This document shows, piece after piece, positions 46,931 through 47,460 of a stretch of 47,460 bases of DNA. Numbering within the stretch: the first letter of the stretch is position 1; every line of letters starts with the position of its first letter. The notes under the pieces were generated by a model. It worked only from the letters and a program-made list of their open reading frames with translations. It did not search any database and was not told the DNA's origin. Source of the DNA: Gemmatimonadota bacterium (GTDB lineage Bacteria > Gemmatimonadota > Gemmatimonadetes > JACCXV01 > JAHWKZ01); the NCBI GenBank assembly GCA_035698825.1, contig DASSBK010000160.1, positions 1-47,460 on the forward strand, in the 5' to 3' direction. A program made the translations under genes and the position numbers.

Positions 46931-47460
46931 CTAGCCCCTCCTGCGAAGGAGCGCTTCGCGGAGCGCTCCGGTGATACGGCGGGGCGGCATGCCGCGCATG
47001 GCGTCGGAGGAGGGCGGGACGATTCCCCGCGTCCGGAGCCATCCCGCCGCGCGCCCGCGGAGCTCCCAGTACCTCGTGCGGTGGCGGATCCAGGGCATGA
47101 GACCGGGAGGCAGCTGGTAGCGTTCCATCTGGCGCTCGAGCCTCCGCGGGTCGATCCGATGACCGAGCCGGTCCGCGAGCTCGAGCACCACCGGGTGCGA
47201 CTCGTACACGCGCCAGACGTCGCCGAGCGGGCGCTGCTCCCGGGAGCGGTCCCAGGTCGCGTTCCGCCGAGCCGGATCCAGGGGGACACGCTCCATAAGA
47301 TCCAGGCCCGCGAACTCCGCCAGCCTCGCGACCACTCCGGCGGGGGCCGCGAATAGCTCTTCCGAGGAAACGGAGAGAAACGGAACGTCGGGCAACCGCG
47401 CGTGTGTCTCCAGCGCCGCGGCGTGCCGTTCGGCCCATTCGTAGAGGATCCTCTCGAACA
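46931..47460 (-). CDS. Probable sulfotransferase, C-terminal part only (5' end beyond the window)
   Basis: The frame of the 154-aa track ORF stays open upstream to the window edge (hand translation ...FERILYEWAERHAAALETHARLPDVPFLSVSSEELFAAPAGVVARLAEFAGLD...). The YE.L...P......L..F.GL tail resembles sulfotransferase C-termini. The PAPS loop is not visible. Confidence 0.45.
   Translation of the reverse strand, partial: FERILYEWAERHAAALETHARLPDVPFLSVSSEELFAAPAGVVARLAEFAGLDLMERVPLDPARRNATWDRSREQRPLGDVWRVYESHPVVLELADRLGHRIDPRRLERQMERYQLPPGLMPWIRHRTRYWELRGRAAGWLRTRGIVPPSSDAMRGMPPRRITGALREALLRRRG

Overview
High-GC (about 70% by spot counts) Gram-negative chromosomal window. The protein set looks like a Gemmatimonadota/FCB-like lineage, but that is only a guess. 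I call 45 protein genes, 43 of them on the minus strand. The ORF track is dominated by GC-driven shadow ORFs and over-extended ORFs, and it renders GTG/TTG starts as M. I therefore reset most starts by hand from domain boundaries, residue counting and stop/start overlaps.

1-16.6 kb holds housekeeping and envelope genes: the metH 5' end, a membrane protein, tatD, secDF, a six-gene translationally coupled chain (alr, DUF1844, cdd, orphan EutN/CcmL, lipoprotein, OMP), mazG, asnS, a PQQ-type beta-propeller protein, and a ~980-aa peptidase/TolB-propeller/Omp85-barrel protein. Between the convergent propeller and Omp85 genes lie two tandem ~120-nt long-hairpin elements. They differ by compensatory base changes in three stems.

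16.6-47.46 kb is one almost gap-free minus-strand array of 30 genes. Its core (19644 to the window end, 27 genes) is a glycan locus. It encodes:
- 5 GT4-type and 8 GT2-type glycosyltransferases
- a DUF2064-type transferase and a small phosphoglycosyl transferase
- Wzm/Wzt ABC exporter (Wzt carries a C-terminal glycan-binding-type domain)
- a Wzy/WaaL-like membrane protein
- Fcl and a geranylgeranyl-reductase-like flavoprotein
- a NodU/CmcH carbamoyltransferase
- six PAPS-type sulfotransferases

I read this as a pathway for a heavily sulfated, carbamoylated surface polysaccharide that I cannot match to a described system. This is the main candidate for novelty. I found no rRNA or tRNA genes, CRISPR arrays, transposases or integrases.
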